Source: Paraspadella gotoi
Lineage: Eukaryota; Animalia; Chaetognatha
Direction of reading: 5' to 3'
DNA length: 64,000 nt
Assembly (NCBI GenBank): GCA_051294375.1
Contig: CM119268.1
Coordinates: 22,571,996-22,635,995 of the forward strand
Shown: piece after piece, positions 13,115 to 27,487 of the stretch
Layout of the letters: the number at the start of each line of letters is the position of its first letter
Numbering within the stretch: the stretch's first letter is position 1
Position numbers and translations under genes: made by a program
The notes under the pieces: generated by a model
What the model saw: the letters and a program-made list of their open reading frames with translations, nothing else
Database searches by the model: none
What the model was told of the DNA's origin: nothing

Positions 13115-13860
13115 AGTTAACTAAAGAGCTGGGACTTCAAAGACGTTACAGAATAAACAGTGAAACTGACTAACTTTTCTTCACAGTTGACCGGCATTTT
13201 AGGATTTTCGGATTCCTTCAAGACCAAGTGATTATCTTTTTTTTTTAATTAGGCAAAAAGTACCTAAGGCTCGGTAATAATAAAAAAAAACAAGAATAGA
13301 AATAATATAACAAACAAACATGCAGATGAGACACGATGACCCGTGGGAGGAGAGGAGAAAAAAAATAGAAAAACGGTTTCAGGTCGAGATATTAAATTAA
13401 ATCCGACGTAAAAAAACAATCGGAAATAAAAATATAATAATTGCGACGGATGGATGGATGGAGGGAGGAAGAGGAGGCGGGGTTCGAATACAAGGAACAT
13501 GGTAAAGTCATGGAAAAGGAGCAGGGAGGAGGAGGGGGTTCGAATACAAAGAACATGGTGAAGTCATGGAGAAGAAGCAGGGAGCGAAAGACAAAAATAA
13601 AACATCGACATGAAATCTAAATATAATAACGAGAAGCGTCAAAGACGATTTCACGTCAACGCGTCAACACGTCAGAACGCGCTGCTACTTGCTGCTGCTA
13701 CTGCTGCGTTACATTTTGTGTTTTGTTTTGGTTTTATGGTTTGTTTTTAATCTCGGACACACAAAAAAAAACAAAAAAAAAACGATAAAGCGGCTAATAC
13801 GAAAAAAAAGACGGAAAAACGTCGGTGCCATGCGCCGCTTTGTGGATTCACGAAAAGCGA

Positions 13861-13898
<38 letters not shown>

Positions 13899-14069
13899 AG
13901 GAGAGAGAGAGAGAGAGAGAAGAGAGAGGAGAGAGAGAAAGGAGAGAAAAGAGAGACGAATACGATTGTTGTAAAAGGGGGCGAGGAAAGGGAAAAAATG
14001 CCGGGAAATCCGTATTTGATAATAAATGCCGAGAATTAATTTCTTTTTTCTTTTCGTCGCGTCGTTACG

Positions 14070-17000
14070 TCAGTCGACGGACAAATACTTGAGCGCCTTG
14101 ATGCCATACTTTTGACTCATGTCTCGTTGGAATTCGCTCTTCAAGACTTTCAGGCAATGCCTACGGAAAGAAAGTCGGGAGAATATAATTTAAAGTTAAA
14201 TATGGCATCAACTTTTGTTAAACCAGGCGACTAGGAAAAGAGGGCGATGCGAATCCTGGCGGATTTCGCCGAAAAGAGAGAAAAGAAAAGGACAATGACC
14301 TGTATTGCTCAGAGGATCTGAACTTGGCGATGTCAAAGGACGGACTGTGCGGCATGTGGATCATAAATGCGTCGGGCACGACGATCAACTCGTAGCCCTG
14401 CGCGTCCAACTCCATCACGTGGGACACTTTGTTCCAACTGAGAAAAAAAAACGCAAATATATGACCGATATCTATCACAAATCTATCACTTGTCTCACTA
14501 CTAACCCGAATCCTATGAATCTGGTGTCGTATCTCGGCAGACCTTCCTTCCTCGCCACCACGTAGGGCTCGAAGTCGGGCTCCCATTTGACGCGATACGG
14601 GTTGACGGCCTCGCGCCACCGGGAAAAATCAGTGGGGGCGTGACCCTTTTGCCAGACGTGGAACCGAAAGGTGAAGAGGTCGCCGGCGTCCCACTGCGTC
14701 AACAGGTCCGCCTTGGACCGCGGGAAGTTGACGCGGTACCGCTGAGATTCGAAGGCGGGAACGACGAGGGCGGCGCGAGCGGGAGGCGGCGGCGAAGGGG
14801 CGGCGGTGGCGTTGGAAGAGGCGGCGGGATTGGGGGGTGGACGGAGAAGGATCATGGCCACGGCCTTTTTGAGGTAATCGTAGAGGCCAAACATCGGAAG
14901 GAAGTCGATGTCCATCAGGAAGACGTAGGGCGTAATCACCTTTTTTTTAATTGGTAAGTGGAGATTGTATTTAAGCAGAGACGCATGCGCAGCAGATGTA
15001 TAGGAGTGGGACTCAGGTATATTGTTGCATCTTTAGTGATTGATGAAATCTAAATCTCACTGAGTATTGTTCTAAGAATCTATCTCTTACAGATGCAGAC
15101 GAGCTCACCTGCTCGAGGGCGACGTTGCGCAGATAGTTGACGGGATAAAACTGACCCTCGCGATAAACGATGTGGTAGCCGATGTTGCGACGAGACTTCA
15201 AGGCGTCGGCGGAAAGGGCATATCTGAGATTAAGGAGGGCGTGGGAAAAATTTAGTCTAACATCCAAATTAAAAAGTGAAAAGAAATTAAAAACATAAGG
15301 ACTATGCAATGAAATTGGTACAACAAATATGGATTATTAATTTATTTAATAAAGAAGCTATCGTGCATCTGATTAGAGACACTGGGACAGGCTATGATGG
15401 GTTAGGCCTCCATCCCTCTTACCAGAGTTCAATCGAGGTTCTCTCATAGTCTAGATAATTAACTCCCAGAGTACTATTTGGCTTCCCTATAAATTGATAT
15501 AATATTTCTTTAAAATTGAATGCTTAAATTACTTAAAAGGACCACTCCCTTAAGTATTAGATAATAGATATAATACATTGTACTTTGCACTTTCATGAAA
15601 AGATGATAATCTTTAAAGAGAAATGGGGGGGGGTCTTAACCCACCATAGCTTGTCCAAAGTCAGGAAACAAGAAGGCTTATACAATATACATTGAATTGA
15701 ATTATATAAATATTTTATAATAAAAAATGACCCCACATACACACCGCACCTCAAAAACTGTTGCGCCTCCGCGTCGGACATGTAAAGGGCGAGCGACATT
15801 GGTCCCTCCCAGTGTTTGACGAGAGAGTTGAGATGCTGCAGCCTGTCCATGCTCAACTGCGCCACGAGAGTCACGTCGACGTCCGCGCCCTCCGGCGGCG
15901 GAGAATAAGCGAAGTCGACGTAGTAGAGGTGAGTTCGATGGACGAGTTTTTCTTCGCTGCGAAAGTCGAAGCAGGGATCCTCTTCCTCATCGTCCACTGG
16001 AGAGGATGCGGCGGCGGCTGCGCTGGCGGATTCGGCTCCTGCGTCTCCCTGAGGCAGCGGCGGCGACGGCGTCTCCGATTTTGTCGCGGCGTCGGTCGCC
16101 CCTCTGTCCGAAGCACCGATGGCTGAAAAGATCGGTCAAATTAATTTTATTTTTTTACTTTTACAAGTATGTATTTATTTACAATAACTACTTTCAAGAA
16201 TTTATTTGCCTCTAAATATTTTTTATTTATTTATTCATTCATTTTATCTATTTGTAACTTCACTCCAAAACTAACCCGGCGCCGCGTCGACGGCGTGCGG
16301 CTGCGGCGTCGGAGGGCAGCTGAAGAGTTCGCGCCGCAGGAGATTCCCGTCGTACTCGAGGAAGGTGAGGAACTGATTGCGGAAGAAGTCGGCGTGTTTG
16401 TGCTTCACCTTGAGCTTCTTGGGCGAATTCCAGTGGACGACCTTGAGGTCGGCGGCGTCGACCGAAGAGTAGCAGATCTCCTCGGATCGAGTGTTGTCGG
16501 AGAGTTGGACGTTCCACTCGCAGGGGAGACGGTGGACGAGGAAGGGATGTTGCTTCAAGACCTTTGTGTATGAGAGAGAGGGAGAGATAGCGTTGTTAAA
16601 TCTCAATTACATATCGTAGCAGTTGAGATTCTCAAAATCTTTTAAGTCGGTTTTTGTGGAACTCTTACTTTGTAATTTACTACAAGTAAACTTTTCCACA
16701 TCCAGTTCTCATCGTTCATCTTTCAAGCCTCTCGTCCGAAGAACCCACCGTGTTGAAGATGTCCTGATCCGCGAGCGAAGTGGACAACATGTTCATGAGC
16801 TCCTTCTCCGCCACGAGTCTCCACACGTGCGACCACTGCATAGAACGGAGTCGATCTAAACGCAGGAGGATCACGCCAGTGTTGAAGCCGCGCCCCAAAG
16901 CCGGCCAAGGGCGGTGGTTCTTCCAGAGTTTGCCCAAGTACCAGTCAGATTGATTCTCTACGAGCCCCATCACCTGTCAAGGGACAAATGAGGTAGTAAA

Positions 17001-19331
17001 AATATAAATCGCGACTTTACTTTAGTGTTTATTTAGAATTTGAAGGGATTTTGATATATTATATGTAGCAAAACAACTTTTGTTTAATTTCAAATGAGAG
17101 TTCTTTAATCTCATTTGCATATTGAAGAAATTTATAATACATTGAATACGATTTTTGAGCTTTTAATAGAAGTTACTATTTGAGCAATACCAATACCAAA
17201 ATTAATGAAAATGTTTATCTTTACTTCGGAACAAGTAAAAAGTGTGAATTCCTTTCATTTCGTAAAACTGACCAATTTGATTTACAGCCTCACCTTTTTC
17301 CCGGTGATGAAACGAAAGAGCGACCAAAGTTCGGCGATGTCGGTGGCGAAGGTGACGTCCGTGTCGAGGACGATCACTTTCTCCAGATCCACGGGTAAGG
17401 TCTTAGGGAGGGTGAGTTTCATGAGGCCGTAGACGCCCGAGTAGTGTTTGTTGGGGATCCAAGAAACGTGAGATTTGAGTTCGTCCGCCGGGTAAAAGTT
17501 CACCTTGAGAATGAGGTGTGAAAAAACGTAAGAATGAGGTGTGAAAAAACGTAAGGTGACTGCGAAAACATGTTCGTCTGTCAGGAACAAACTCTTGTGG
17601 AATCTCGATTGGATCTTTGTGGAAATCCGTATAAACATTTGTGGATTTAATTTATTCATTGATTGACTTATTTAAATAAATATTCATTGATTATTCATTC
17701 ATTCGCCATTGATAATTATTTAATAATTTATAAATAATTTAATAATTATTTAATAACATTTGTTCGTTTCTGTTGATATACCTCGACGGCGGGGACGCGC
17801 CATGACTCGAAGAGAGCTTCCAGCGTTGTCTGCGCTGCGGCGTCTGAGACGAAGTGGAACCGCAGCGGATTCTTGCGGTAAAAGAGAATCGACTTAACGA
17901 GGGTGACGACGACGCGGGACGAGTTGTATCCCGCGCAAACGATCGCAATGTGGATCGTCTCGCATTTCGGCACCTTGGAACAATATTNNNNNNNNNNTTT
18001 AATTTATTCATTGATTGACTTATTTAAATAAATATTCATTGATTATTCATTCATTCGCCATTGATAATTATTTAATAATTTATAAATAATTTAATAATTA
18101 TTTAATAACATTTGTTCGTTTCTGTTGATATACCTCGACGGCGGGGACGCGCCATGACTCGAAGAGAGCTTCCAGCGTTGTCTGCGCTGCGGCGTCTGAG
18201 ACGAAGTGGAACCGCAGCGGATTCTTGCGGTAAAAGAGAATCGACTTAACGAGGGTGACGACGACGCGGGACGAGTTGTATCCCGCGCAAACGATCGCAA
18301 TGTGGATCGTCTCGCATTTCGGCACCTTGGAACAATATTACATACATACAGACCTTGGAACAATATTACATACATGGGAAAGCCTTCGTAAAAAATCAAC
18401 ATTTCTAAACTCATTATGGCGGGAAAATCATGTAAATTATCCTCATCAAATTTGTTGTCTCGACCATTAGGAAAAATCTAAATAAACAAATATAACAATG
18501 ATAAATTCGTCTTAAGAAAATTCGCGATTCAAAAATTAGCTTGACTAAACTTTAATCGCGAACAAAAAAAAAATCCGATTCAGTCAAGAAAAATAATATG
18601 CGTTTTCCTCATAAAACGATGTTAATCACCAATACTATGTACTCATACCGCATATACGATAAATCTCAAGCAAGTCAAGAATTACTGCAACATGCAAAAA
18701 GAATTTATGTTCCCTTAAAAAGGAATTAATTCCAATTAATTTTACAACAACGGCATCAGCCATGAACCACCTTTACCTGGTGTTGTCGGCGAGGGTTGTC
18801 GTCGCGACACGGGGGCGGTGGCGGCGTCGACGAAGCGGCGTCGTCCTCCGCCGCATCTCCTGCCACAACCGCGGCGTCGTCGCCGCCGGCGGAAAAGAAA
18901 GAAGACGGAATGACGGAGGGAATCGAATCGCGACGCCGCTTTTCCAAACGGAGGCGACGATCGGCGTCGAGCGCCGTTCTCTGATTGGCGCCGGGTAGAG
19001 CGGCGTCCTCGACGGCTCGAAGCGGTGACGCCTGGAAGGCGCGCATCAATTGGTTCTGCGACAGAGAGAGTTGATGGCGAAGGATTTGGTTCTGATCCTC
19101 GACCTCGCGGACGCGCGCCGCCAACCTCGCCTCGCGGTCGTTGAAGCCCAAGAGGTCGGCCGTGTCGAGGCGCTCCTTGGCGCTGGCGGCGCCGCGGACG
19201 AAGCCGAAAAGGAGCCGGCCCCGCGTCGCCGCCAACCCTTTGCCGCCCCCGACGGCCAGGAGATAGACGACGGCGCCCAGGCAGGCCAGGGCGAAGAGGA
19301 GCAACGCCAAGAGTTTGCGTCGCTTTCTCAT
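14070..19331 (-). CDS. LARGE: LARGE xylosyl- and glucuronyltransferase, about 10 exons
   Basis: N-terminal TM helix and coiled coil; [17 protein letters not shown]; [21 protein letters not shown]; VIVLDTD; [19 protein letters not shown]; [14 protein letters not shown]; [10 protein letters not shown]; [13 protein letters not shown]; ends [13 protein letters not shown]. Confidence 0.97.
17648..18339. other. Exact ~340-bp duplication across a 10-N scaffold gap (LARGE exon 2 appears twice)
   Basis: 17648-17987 matches ~17999-18339, separated by Ns at 17988-17997. Confidence 0.9.
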
Positions 19332-20148
19332 CGCGACGCCTTTGTTTTTTTTTTCTTATTTGCGGTTTATTTTGAAAGCGACTGTTAGAGGCGAGTTTAA
19401 AGCCATGGTCTTTAATTTTTTAGCTATAGTTGAAAAAAAAAATAGTTAACGGAAAAAATTAGCAAATAGTGTAGATAATAAACAATTGAAAATAATAGTA
19501 TTCAACAATGGAACACCGTTTTTTTTTTGTTGTTTTTTTGTAATTGTGATTTGTGAAAGAGATTTTTACCAAATAAATGAGAGAAAATCGAAAAAAAAAA
19601 ACATTTCTTGTCTCAGCGGAAGTTTGTTTTTTAGATTCTTTGATTTCATGACATTATAGAGAAGAATAAGAGAAATAAAAAAAGGAAAAAATTGGAAAAA
19701 GGAAAAAGTATTGAAAAAAAAACAACAAAACAGAAGAGAAAACATGGAGCGATTCAATGATTATTTTGATAATGAATTGAATTTCATGGGGCATCTTTTT
19801 TTTTTAACTGGATGAACGAGAAATATCAGATTCTCTAAAAAAATTCGTCATATGTACAACACTCGTGGAGAAAAAAAAAAAACGATCATCATCATTCTCC
19901 AGATTCGCCGAGTCGATTACCGGACGTAATTGAATACAACGGGGATGTAATTGTCTTCGCGTTTTACGAATTACGGTGCGACCAGTTTCCCGTCCACTGA
20001 GATTTCGATTATTATTTTGTTTTTTTTCAGAACCCAACCAAAAGTCAACCTCATTGTCTCCGCAACCACCTTCCCCCCCCAATTCCCCACCCAAGAGAAG
20101 CCAACTTCCGCCACATCCAAACCCATCCCACCCCCAAATATTTAAAGA

Positions 20149-23100
20149 CTACCCCGGCAATCCGTCGTCCAAATTGTTAATGACCATCCCTCTGAGTCCG
20201 GGCGGGACTCCGCCGTCTCTCAATCGTCGATCGTCGTCGTCCGACGACAACGTATCCTCCTCCTCCTCCTCATCATCACCTCCTCCTCCTCCGTTCCTCC
20301 TCCTATCCACCTCCTCTTCGTCCGAGGATTCCTCCACTCCTTCCAACCTCCTCCTCCTCGGCGACGACGTCTCTCCTCCTTCGAGGATCGAATCGTCGTC
20401 GTCATCGTCGTCGTCGACTTCCAGCAGATTCGCCGTCGACGGACCCATCGATCCCGCGCTGATGAGGCGTTTGCTGCTGCTGCTGCTCTTCTTGCTGCGG
20501 AAGTGGAAGACTTTGGCCAACTGAGCGAATTTCTTCCGCGAGAATTTGCCCATGTGTTTGAGTTGCTTGCGGAACTCGGCCTCCTCGTCCTTGGGAAGGG
20601 GTATGCCCGGAGGGAGAGGGGGCTCGCCCTGTGGACCGCAGGGACCCTGCATGGTGGGGGAGTCTCGCTCGCAGTCGCGGAGAAAGTCCTGGAATTGAAA
20701 TGGGCATAAGAGAGAAGGTATCTCTATCTCTCTATGAGTAAAAAAAAAAAAAAGCAAAAAAAGTATTTTCTCTGAGAGGGAGCTCTCGAGCTGAAGTATA
20801 ACCCGAGACAGAACTAAAATCTCTCTCTTTGCTCCTTCTTCTGTCGTCGCTCGATGAGGAGGAAGGGAAAGGGAGGAAAAGAGGCGGAAGAGGAAGAAAA
20901 AAAGGAATCTGGAAAGTGATCGAATTGAGAGGATAACCTAACCGACGCCTTACCTGGTCGTATCTCAGGGCCTCCATGAACTCGTCGTTGCGGCGAAGTT
21001 CCCCCAAAAACTCTTCGTTCTGTAAAATTCAATTACTTTAAAATACATTACGCCTATTTGTAAGTCGAAGAGAAAAATTAACTGAAAAAATAAACTAAAA
21101 AAAATGTAACTCATTTGAAAAAACTGACTTGATTGACGATGACAGAATTGCAAGCTTTTCATCTTTTAATTATAAATTTAAATGAATATAAAATGTAGCA
21201 ATATAAAAAATCCCTCCACTCACTCCCCTCCCGACCTGCAAGAAAATGGCGAGTCTCTCGTCCTCAAGAAATCTCGCCGTCTGTGGATCCAATTCGGGAT
21301 CCGTCGCCAAACGGCGCTGCTCGTTGTTCGCCATTTGTTGGGACAAAGACGGCAGAGTCAAAGCGGCGTTGGCGTCGCCGCTCGGCGCCGTTTCCTCGGT
21401 CCGGCGTCGGTGGTGAGAATGGAGGCTGTGGAATCGGCCGCCGGATCTCGGCGTCCTCAGAACGCTCTTCTCGCTTCCGCCGGAGGAAAAGGCGCCGCCG
21501 CTGCTGAGGGTGAGGCGTCCGGCGCGGGTGGGGACGCCGTGGTGACGAGTCGATGACTGCAGGGTCGGAAAGGCGCCGCTGCCGCCGACGGCGTTGTTGT
21601 GAGTCAGGCGAAAATGACGATTCGACGCCTGATGGAACCTGGAAGAAGAGAAGCCGGCGTCGCCGTCCGTTTCGACGCCCGAAGGAGAAGCGGCGCCGCG
21701 ATGCGAAGAACGCCGATCGTCGAGGTGGAGGTGGTGCTGCTGCAGCGTCTCGTGGTGATGGTGGTTCGACGCCGCAGCCGCTTCAGAAGGATCGACGGCT
21801 GCGGCCGCGGAGTAAGAGGGCAGACCGGTGAGGCCGGGCATCGGCGCTGGGTAAGGGCGCCGGTGGCCGGGCAGATCTAAGGAGGCGGAGGAGAGGGTTG
21901 GGGGCGAAGGATGATGACGATGATGATGATGAAAAGAGGAAGAGTGGGAGGAACGGAAGGCGTCGGCCGAAGAGGAGGAAGAGGAAGGAAAAGCGAAGCG
22001 GGGAGATGAAGAGGAAGAGGAGGGAGTTGCAGGTGGAACGAGACGTAGAAAGTCTGCCGGCAATTTTCCGAGTAGAGGTGGATTCCAGTTCTTAAAGGGG
22101 CGCGTCGTCGTGGCGTTGGTCGAGGCGCGACCGCGGCGTCGATGCGCGTGTTCGACCGGCGTCCCAGCGACGTCAGAGCCGCCGCCGCGTCGGCCGCCGC
22201 CCAGCACGCGCATGTGATGTTGGATAACTTCCGGTGGAGGGCGTGGGAGGGAATGAGGGGAAGAAGGCGAGACGCCGAAGATCTCATCCCTTCCCGTCGG
22301 AGCCACCATCCTCAACATCGCGGCTTCGGCGCCGTCCTCGGCCAATTTACGATGCCGATCCGATCCGGCGCCGAGACTCATCGATCGATCGAATCCGCCT
22401 CCGACGCCGGAAGATCGATTGGGGGGTGAAGACGAATTCCGGCTGAGGCGAGCTTCGTCGTCGTCGTCGCGGCCAACGCCGAGACGATGATGATGATGAT
22501 GACTCGGATGACGAAGAGGCGATTCGCCGACGGCCGCTCGATAAGTCGGCGGATTGTCGAGGTAAGGTCCGGGGGATCTTTCGGCGGGAGGGCGAGTTTC
22601 TTGCTGCTGCTGGTGATGATGATGATGATGATGTTGAGAGGGAGAGACGGGGTGACTATGGGAATGTCGAAGCGGCGCGGCTCGAGGCGGCGAATACTTT
22701 GGAGGGGGATCGTCGTGTCCGGCGCCGCGCGACGCCGCGCCTACACCGGCATCGTCGGTTTTGAGCGACGAAGCGGCGTTTTTTTTCGGCGGCGGCGGCG
22801 GCGGCGGAGATGGATTCGGCGGTTGAGAGTCGGTCAGCGACGAGGCGACGCTGCCTGGCAACAAGAGTCCGCCCATTGCGCCGAGTTGGTCGACCGACAA
22901 GTTCTCGAGTTTTTCTGTCAACGCGTGACGACGAGAGGATTCGGCGTCGGTCGCCATCTCGCCGTCGGGTTCGTCGAAACGAATCATGTTGGGTTCGTCG
23001 CTCAAAGGATTCTTACGCTGTTTGGAGAAAAAAAAAGGGTTTGGGTTTTACTCGTGGGTCACGGTGACTCAATTTAGATTCTGCTTTTGCCAAACTGGAA

Positions 23101-23924
23101 TAATAAAGGTGGAGCGAATAACTGATGCAGGAAAGAGTTCTTGTTTGCCAAAGTGAAATAACTATATTACACCTTCAAGATAATAATATAGAATATTATC
23201 AAAACTTCATAAAAAGACGACAATATGCAAATGAGATTTATGAACTCCATCATCATAATCAAGTAGAAAAAGGAGGCAGAAGCAAATTACATCGCTCATG
23301 TTCCCTCTCCTCGTTTCACCTTGGATTCCAAAGCGACGACGACGACGTCTCCCAACTGAATCATATCCACGTCGTTACCGACGTTCATCGTGAGGAGTTG
23401 ATCGACGGTCGGGTCGACGGCGCCGTCGTTGGCGCGGAGAACCGCCTCGATCACCTCGGCGTCCATCGAGGGAAACATCCGGGCGAAGTCGGACATTGCC
23501 TGAGGTGGGCATATTATTATATTAATTGTATTTCAAATATTACATTTAATTGATTATTGCTGAATCAACGGAGTTCTATTGTTGTTTAATGACAGTATCA
23601 CTATCAGTAAGAGCTAGTACAGTCGCCATCAAACTAAAGTTATTATACAAGTTTATTTTGTTAACCCTAATGTTTATTTATATTGAACTTTTTACATTTG
23701 TATTATAGAACAAGATTTTAAAAATCAATCTGCTCGACTGACTTCTTCACCTGATGAAAATCCAGTTGCTGTTGCTGCTGCTGCGACGGCGCCCGGTGAG
23801 GATTGGCGCCGGGTCTTTGCGAAGCGGCGTCGCGACTCGAAACCGGCGTCGACGCCGATATGAAGTCGCTATGGCGCCTGTGACCCGCGGCGCCGTTGTT
23901 CGCCATCCCAAAGTCTCCCTCCAT
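20149..23924 (-). CDS. CUEDC1: CUE domain-containing protein 1
   Basis: CUE domain LDFHQ/AMSDFARMFPSMDAEVIEAVLRANDGAVDPTVDQLLTM; WNPPLLGKLPADFLRL; FLEDERLAIFLQ/NEEF; FRKQLKHMGKFSRKKFAQLAKVF. Confidence 0.92.
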
Positions 23925-24462
23925 ATTTCGGGCTTAAAGTTTTAGTATTGAGATGACGTCAGTCGCTCGATCGCGAATCGATCACGAGTTTTCAAGTTAA
24001 TTTCATTCGAAAATATCGTCCATCTCGAGATTTCGTGACTAGAAAGGTTTCGCTGTACTGGCGCCACATTTTTATTTCCTCGGACTCTTCTTTCCCGGCT
24101 TCGGGAAAGTCCGATTAATCTTGACGAAAGAAACAAAATTATAATTTACAGGGAATGATGCGAAAGAACGACTATTCAACGAGAAAATAAGACAGATGGG
24201 GAAAACATTACAAATGAATATCTACGTACATAATAGTAATAAAATGGGCCAAACAGAAATAAAAAAAAGAGTGAATAGAAAGCACTACCAGGAATATTTC
24301 CCATGAAAAAATTCCTTCGCGTCATCATCTTTGCGCAGTTTTTTTCTAAGTCTTTAAAACCAAACTATATCCCGCCGCCGCCGCCGGCCCACGTCGCCTG
24401 CCGTTGGAAGAGGAAGTTGACTCTGGCTAATTTTCTTAGTCACTCCACTTTCTTAGTCTCCA

Positions 24463-24502
<40 letters not shown>

Positions 24503-25660
24503 TTTAAATTGTCTTTCGATTAATGTCAATCAATGACCAAACGAGTCGGAGAAAAGTCCATCGATTTATATCAAGAGTGAAGTCCCGTTCTTTCCAAACG
24601 GAATATGTATCGGAAAATTTAAAACATTATATTTATATGACCGATATAAGTAAGTCCGTTGTCGATAGTCGGTTTTTTTTCCCCCCGAAGTTTCTACCGG
24701 GATTTTTGGGATCATGTATTTATAATGAGAGTGATTGAGAGTTTATTATTTTTCACTGAAAGAAATTCCCCGAGCGTGACTTGAAATTTCTCTACCGGTG
24801 TCTGCAAGAAAAGAGAATAAACTCAAGACCCGCATTCTCCCCTTTTTTTTTCAGATTTGCGAATTTTTTCCATTTCGAAAAAAGGAAATCAGTGCGAAAT
24901 CCGCGTCGAAATTTCGCAAATCCGCCAAATCTGAAATAAGAAGCGGAAGCGAAGTTTCTAGGAAGAGAAGATCTCGTTTCGACTCGGCCACGCCCACTTG
25001 CCAAATGACCATCGCGAGGGAGTGGTGTAGCAGCTTTTCGATCTTTCGCCTCCTGCAAAGAACGCGCGATTGGGTTCAACTCTTTGGTGCACCTCTCTCA
25101 CCGAACGGGAAAATGGTTAAGACTTTCATTAAACTTCTACATTAAATTAAAAACCTATTTTAAACAATGACCATTTTAGCGATCGATAAAGATGAGGTCA
25201 CATGCAATGTCATAAAAATGTATTTTTTAAGTAAACCTCTTTTTCTCATTGTTCAGACGTTTACGTAACAAATGACATTTCCATGAATAATTGAACCATT
25301 CTGCCCAATGCGAGGGTACCGTCTCGCTAAGAGGAATATTTCTTAATTATCGTTGGTTAAACAACAATTAAATAGAATTAAGGTCTACCAGGTGGTTCAT
25401 TACTTCCTCTGCACGAGACGGCCGAATACTTCCTGCCCCACGGAGTTTCAAGTTTGATAAAGTGAATGAATTTGTCATTGGATTCGATTCGTTGAGTTTT
25501 TTTGCTTTTCGCGACTGACGCCTGCAAGAAACGCAATATACGGTTGGCTCCACGCTGATGGCTAACGATTTCGTAAAGCGGTGGCTCGATATTATGACAG
25601 TAAATCACTTTGTACGCAAAACTATTGTTTGACTTTTCTGGTAAAATATTTATACTAAAA

Positions 25661-25726
25661 ATGTAGCAGACTAATTTGTGGATTATTTCAAATGAGATTG
25701 AGTTCCTAAATCTCATTTGCATATTG
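25661..25726. repeat. Most complete copy of a dispersed hairpin/octamer element (about 15 copies in the window)
   Basis: atgtagcagactaatttgtggattatttcaaatgagattgagttcctaaatctcatttgcatattg; near-identical at 60995-61060 and similar at 17063-17124. Confidence 0.85.
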
Positions 25727-27153
25727 TCGTATTCTAATTGAAATATGGAAATATTAAGCGAAATCCCTATACCTCAAGAACCTCAAAATTTATTTTAATA
25801 TCAAACCTGCCACTTTCGAAATCGTTATCGGACTATTAATAGACGACTGAAGTATATACTAAAATTTGTTGATTTGTTATTCTCCAAAAATCTAACAAAT
25901 TCATACTTGAGTCGACATTTAATAATTCTGTCAGGAGGTACAGCTTCTTGATGAGAGGAAAATTAATTTTGTCAATAAAAAAATGAAAAATCAATACCGT
26001 TTTTAATTTTTTGGGTATTAATAAAAAAAATAAACAACAACAACAATAAGAAAACAAAGTCTTACAGTTGTTATTAAAAATTAAATAGAATGTTTTTCCT
26101 CGGCACGAGAGGCTGAAATACTTTCCCGCCATCCGCGTTTCGCCCTTTTGTTTCTCTCGCTCTCTTGAACCTGACGAGAAAGGGGAACAAGGAGGAGGGG
26201 AAATCAATGAGACGAAATGAGAACATACTCGTCATTTGTACTATGCTATGAAATTATAATCTGGAATATACAACGGGAAGAACATGAAAAATTGACAGGG
26301 AAAATAGAAATTCTGGTGAAACGTCTTCTTACCATAATCTAAAAGTTGGGACGAGATCAGGTTTAGCATCGGCGATCGATCTCCACCGCCTTCGCAATCG
26401 AACCTACGGAAAGACCACGAGCCCCGTTTGCTCTAATTTCCCACTTTTTTTTTTCAATAAAAAAAATGCGGCAAAAGCTTCTAGACATTTACTCAATGAT
26501 TTCTCAAACCTTATTCCTTTTTAGATGCGGAATTAAACTTTACTTAGTTTAATTAACTGTTAAGATTTTAAAATTCATTGAGTAAAAATACAAACCGTTA
26601 AAAATTCTATCCTTGGAATTTGAATAAGCTTAACCACCTCAGGAGTTACAAAAGAAACTCTGTATTGACAAATAAGATGTATAAATGTTGTAAATACTAC
26701 GGTATTCGAGCCCGCTTCGAAGGTCGAAGAGTGGAAGACAGCGGGGACGATCCGCTATTACTCCTCAACATTTTTTTTTCCTTTTTTAATTGCCGAGAGA
26801 GAGTTTTTTTTTATTATTTTTATACAAGAGACATTAAGCAACGTCTTTCTTTTTTACTAATGACGATGCTCATAAAAGTCTGATTTTTTTTTGAAGCATC
26901 ATTGAACAACCTAAAGAACCTAAAACCTGCGCAAGAAATTCTCGAAAGAAAAAAAAGAGAAGAACAAGAAAAACAAAAGACGACGACGACGACAAATATT
27001 CAGTTTTCTTTTTTCTTCTTCTGCAGATGACGAGGAGGAGAAAAGACGAGAGAGAGGACGAAGTAGAAGACGAAAATGAAGAGAAGAGGGTTGAAAAGGA
27101 TCGTCAACATGGTCCCTTTTCAATCCAGCGATGTCATCCGATCCGGTACAAAA

Positions 27154-27449
27154 TCAGGCGTCAGGGACGACGGCGTCTCGAGGGAGAAGGCCCATCGCCT
27201 GGCGAATGGAAAGGAGTTTTTAATATTTTGTCGATCATTAGCCAATAAATCAATATTTAATATTTTTTGATTCATTATCTAAATGTTTTTTCAATCTCCA
27301 TTCTTCCTCCCCCCCTTGCTAACTGACCTGAAGGCAAACGGTGGCGGCCAAGGATTTGGCGTGTTTCTTTGTGGACGACGCCACCGTCGGTTGATACCAA
27401 GTCCCTCCCACGTGAACTAATAATGGATGACAGGAAGCGTTAAGTCTCT

Positions 27450-27487
<38 letters not shown>

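Noticed and set aside
13460-13585. Two ~56-bp direct repeats with a B-box-like ggttcgaatac
   Set aside because: Simple local duplication downstream of LARGE; no A box or tRNA fold.
17648-18339. Tandem duplicated LARGE exon, suggesting mutually exclusive exons
   Set aside because: Copies are identical, including intron flanks, and abut a 10-N gap: an unmerged contig overlap.
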